Source: Candidatus Saccharimonadota bacterium (lineage in GTDB: Bacteria; Patescibacteriota; Saccharimonadia; Saccharimonadales; Saccharimonadaceae). Taken from it: a DNA stretch of 41,170 nt. Below, piece after piece: positions 41,121 through 41,170 of this stretch. Each line of letters begins with the position of its first letter. The stretch's first letter is position 1. The translations under genes were made by a program, and so were the position numbers. The notes beneath the pieces were generated by a model. It was given only the letters and a program-made list of their open reading frames with translations, had not been told where the DNA came from and did not search any database. The DNA lies in assembly GCA_024402845.1 (NCBI GenBank), contig JAKSSY010000001.1, positions 1-41,170 of the forward strand. The letters run 5' to 3'.

Positions 41121-41170
41121 ATGGCAAAAATGGAAGATATTGTTAGCCTTTGTAAGCGTCGCGGCTTTAT
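41121..41170 (+). CDS. glyQS: Glycyl-tRNA synthetase (GlyQS type), N-terminal fragment running off the window
   Basis: It starts MAKMEDIVSLCKRRGF..., which matches the conserved N-terminus of dimeric GlyRS (..LCKRRGF). Only 16 codons are visible. Confidence 0.6.
   Translation, partial: MAKMEDIVSLCKRRGF

Overview
This 41 kb window is mostly core housekeeping genes from a small, moderately AT-rich bacterial genome. It uses the standard code: TGA ends recJ, the histidine kinase and the wHTH gene. Several traits suggest a Patescibacteria/CPR organism, possibly Saccharibacteria-like. These are trimmed proteins, a 16S rRNA gene not followed by a 23S gene, and LPXTG-type surface proteins. This placement is inference only.

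Gene content, in order:
- The window opens in the last ~45 nt of a 16S rRNA gene, followed by a terminator and an unusual repeat/hairpin region.
- Next come glmM plus a translationally coupled GNAT, tRNA-Ile(GAU), a KGG-repeat stress protein, a ROK kinase, an MPKTG-anchored repeat protein, rpsA and infB.
- The priA-def-fmt operon lies on the minus strand.
- Then follow wHTH-recJ, rpsU, adk-map, ftsA-ftsZ, a cysteine-less NrdR homologue with a thioredoxin-fold partner, and a T-box leader with ileS.
- At 23.5-28.0 kb sits an accessory-looking surface-protein cluster. It holds a small acidic protein, an 814-aa membrane protein with 16 ETPP repeats, and an LPKTG/DUF11-like protein.
- The rest is rplU, rseP, a CPBP protease, mutM, a short holA-like gene, rpmA, an RNA methyltransferase, xseAB, a sensor-less histidine kinase, a receiver and recO, a CDF transporter, an HD protein and the start of glyQS.

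I found no CRISPR array, transposase, reverse transcriptase or recognisable defence system.

The most notable observations:
1. A recurrent extended -10 box sits 6-8 nt before ATG with no Shine-Dalgarno, implying many leaderless mRNAs. One case is an 18-bp head-to-head promoter pair.
2. The NrdR-like and thioredoxin-like proteins have both lost their cysteines.
3. The surface-protein cluster.
4. A duplicated hairpin nested in a 26-nt inverted repeat just after the 16S gene.

All calls rest on motif recognition by eye, with no database search. Hand-counted coordinates of small elements may be off by 1-2 nt.
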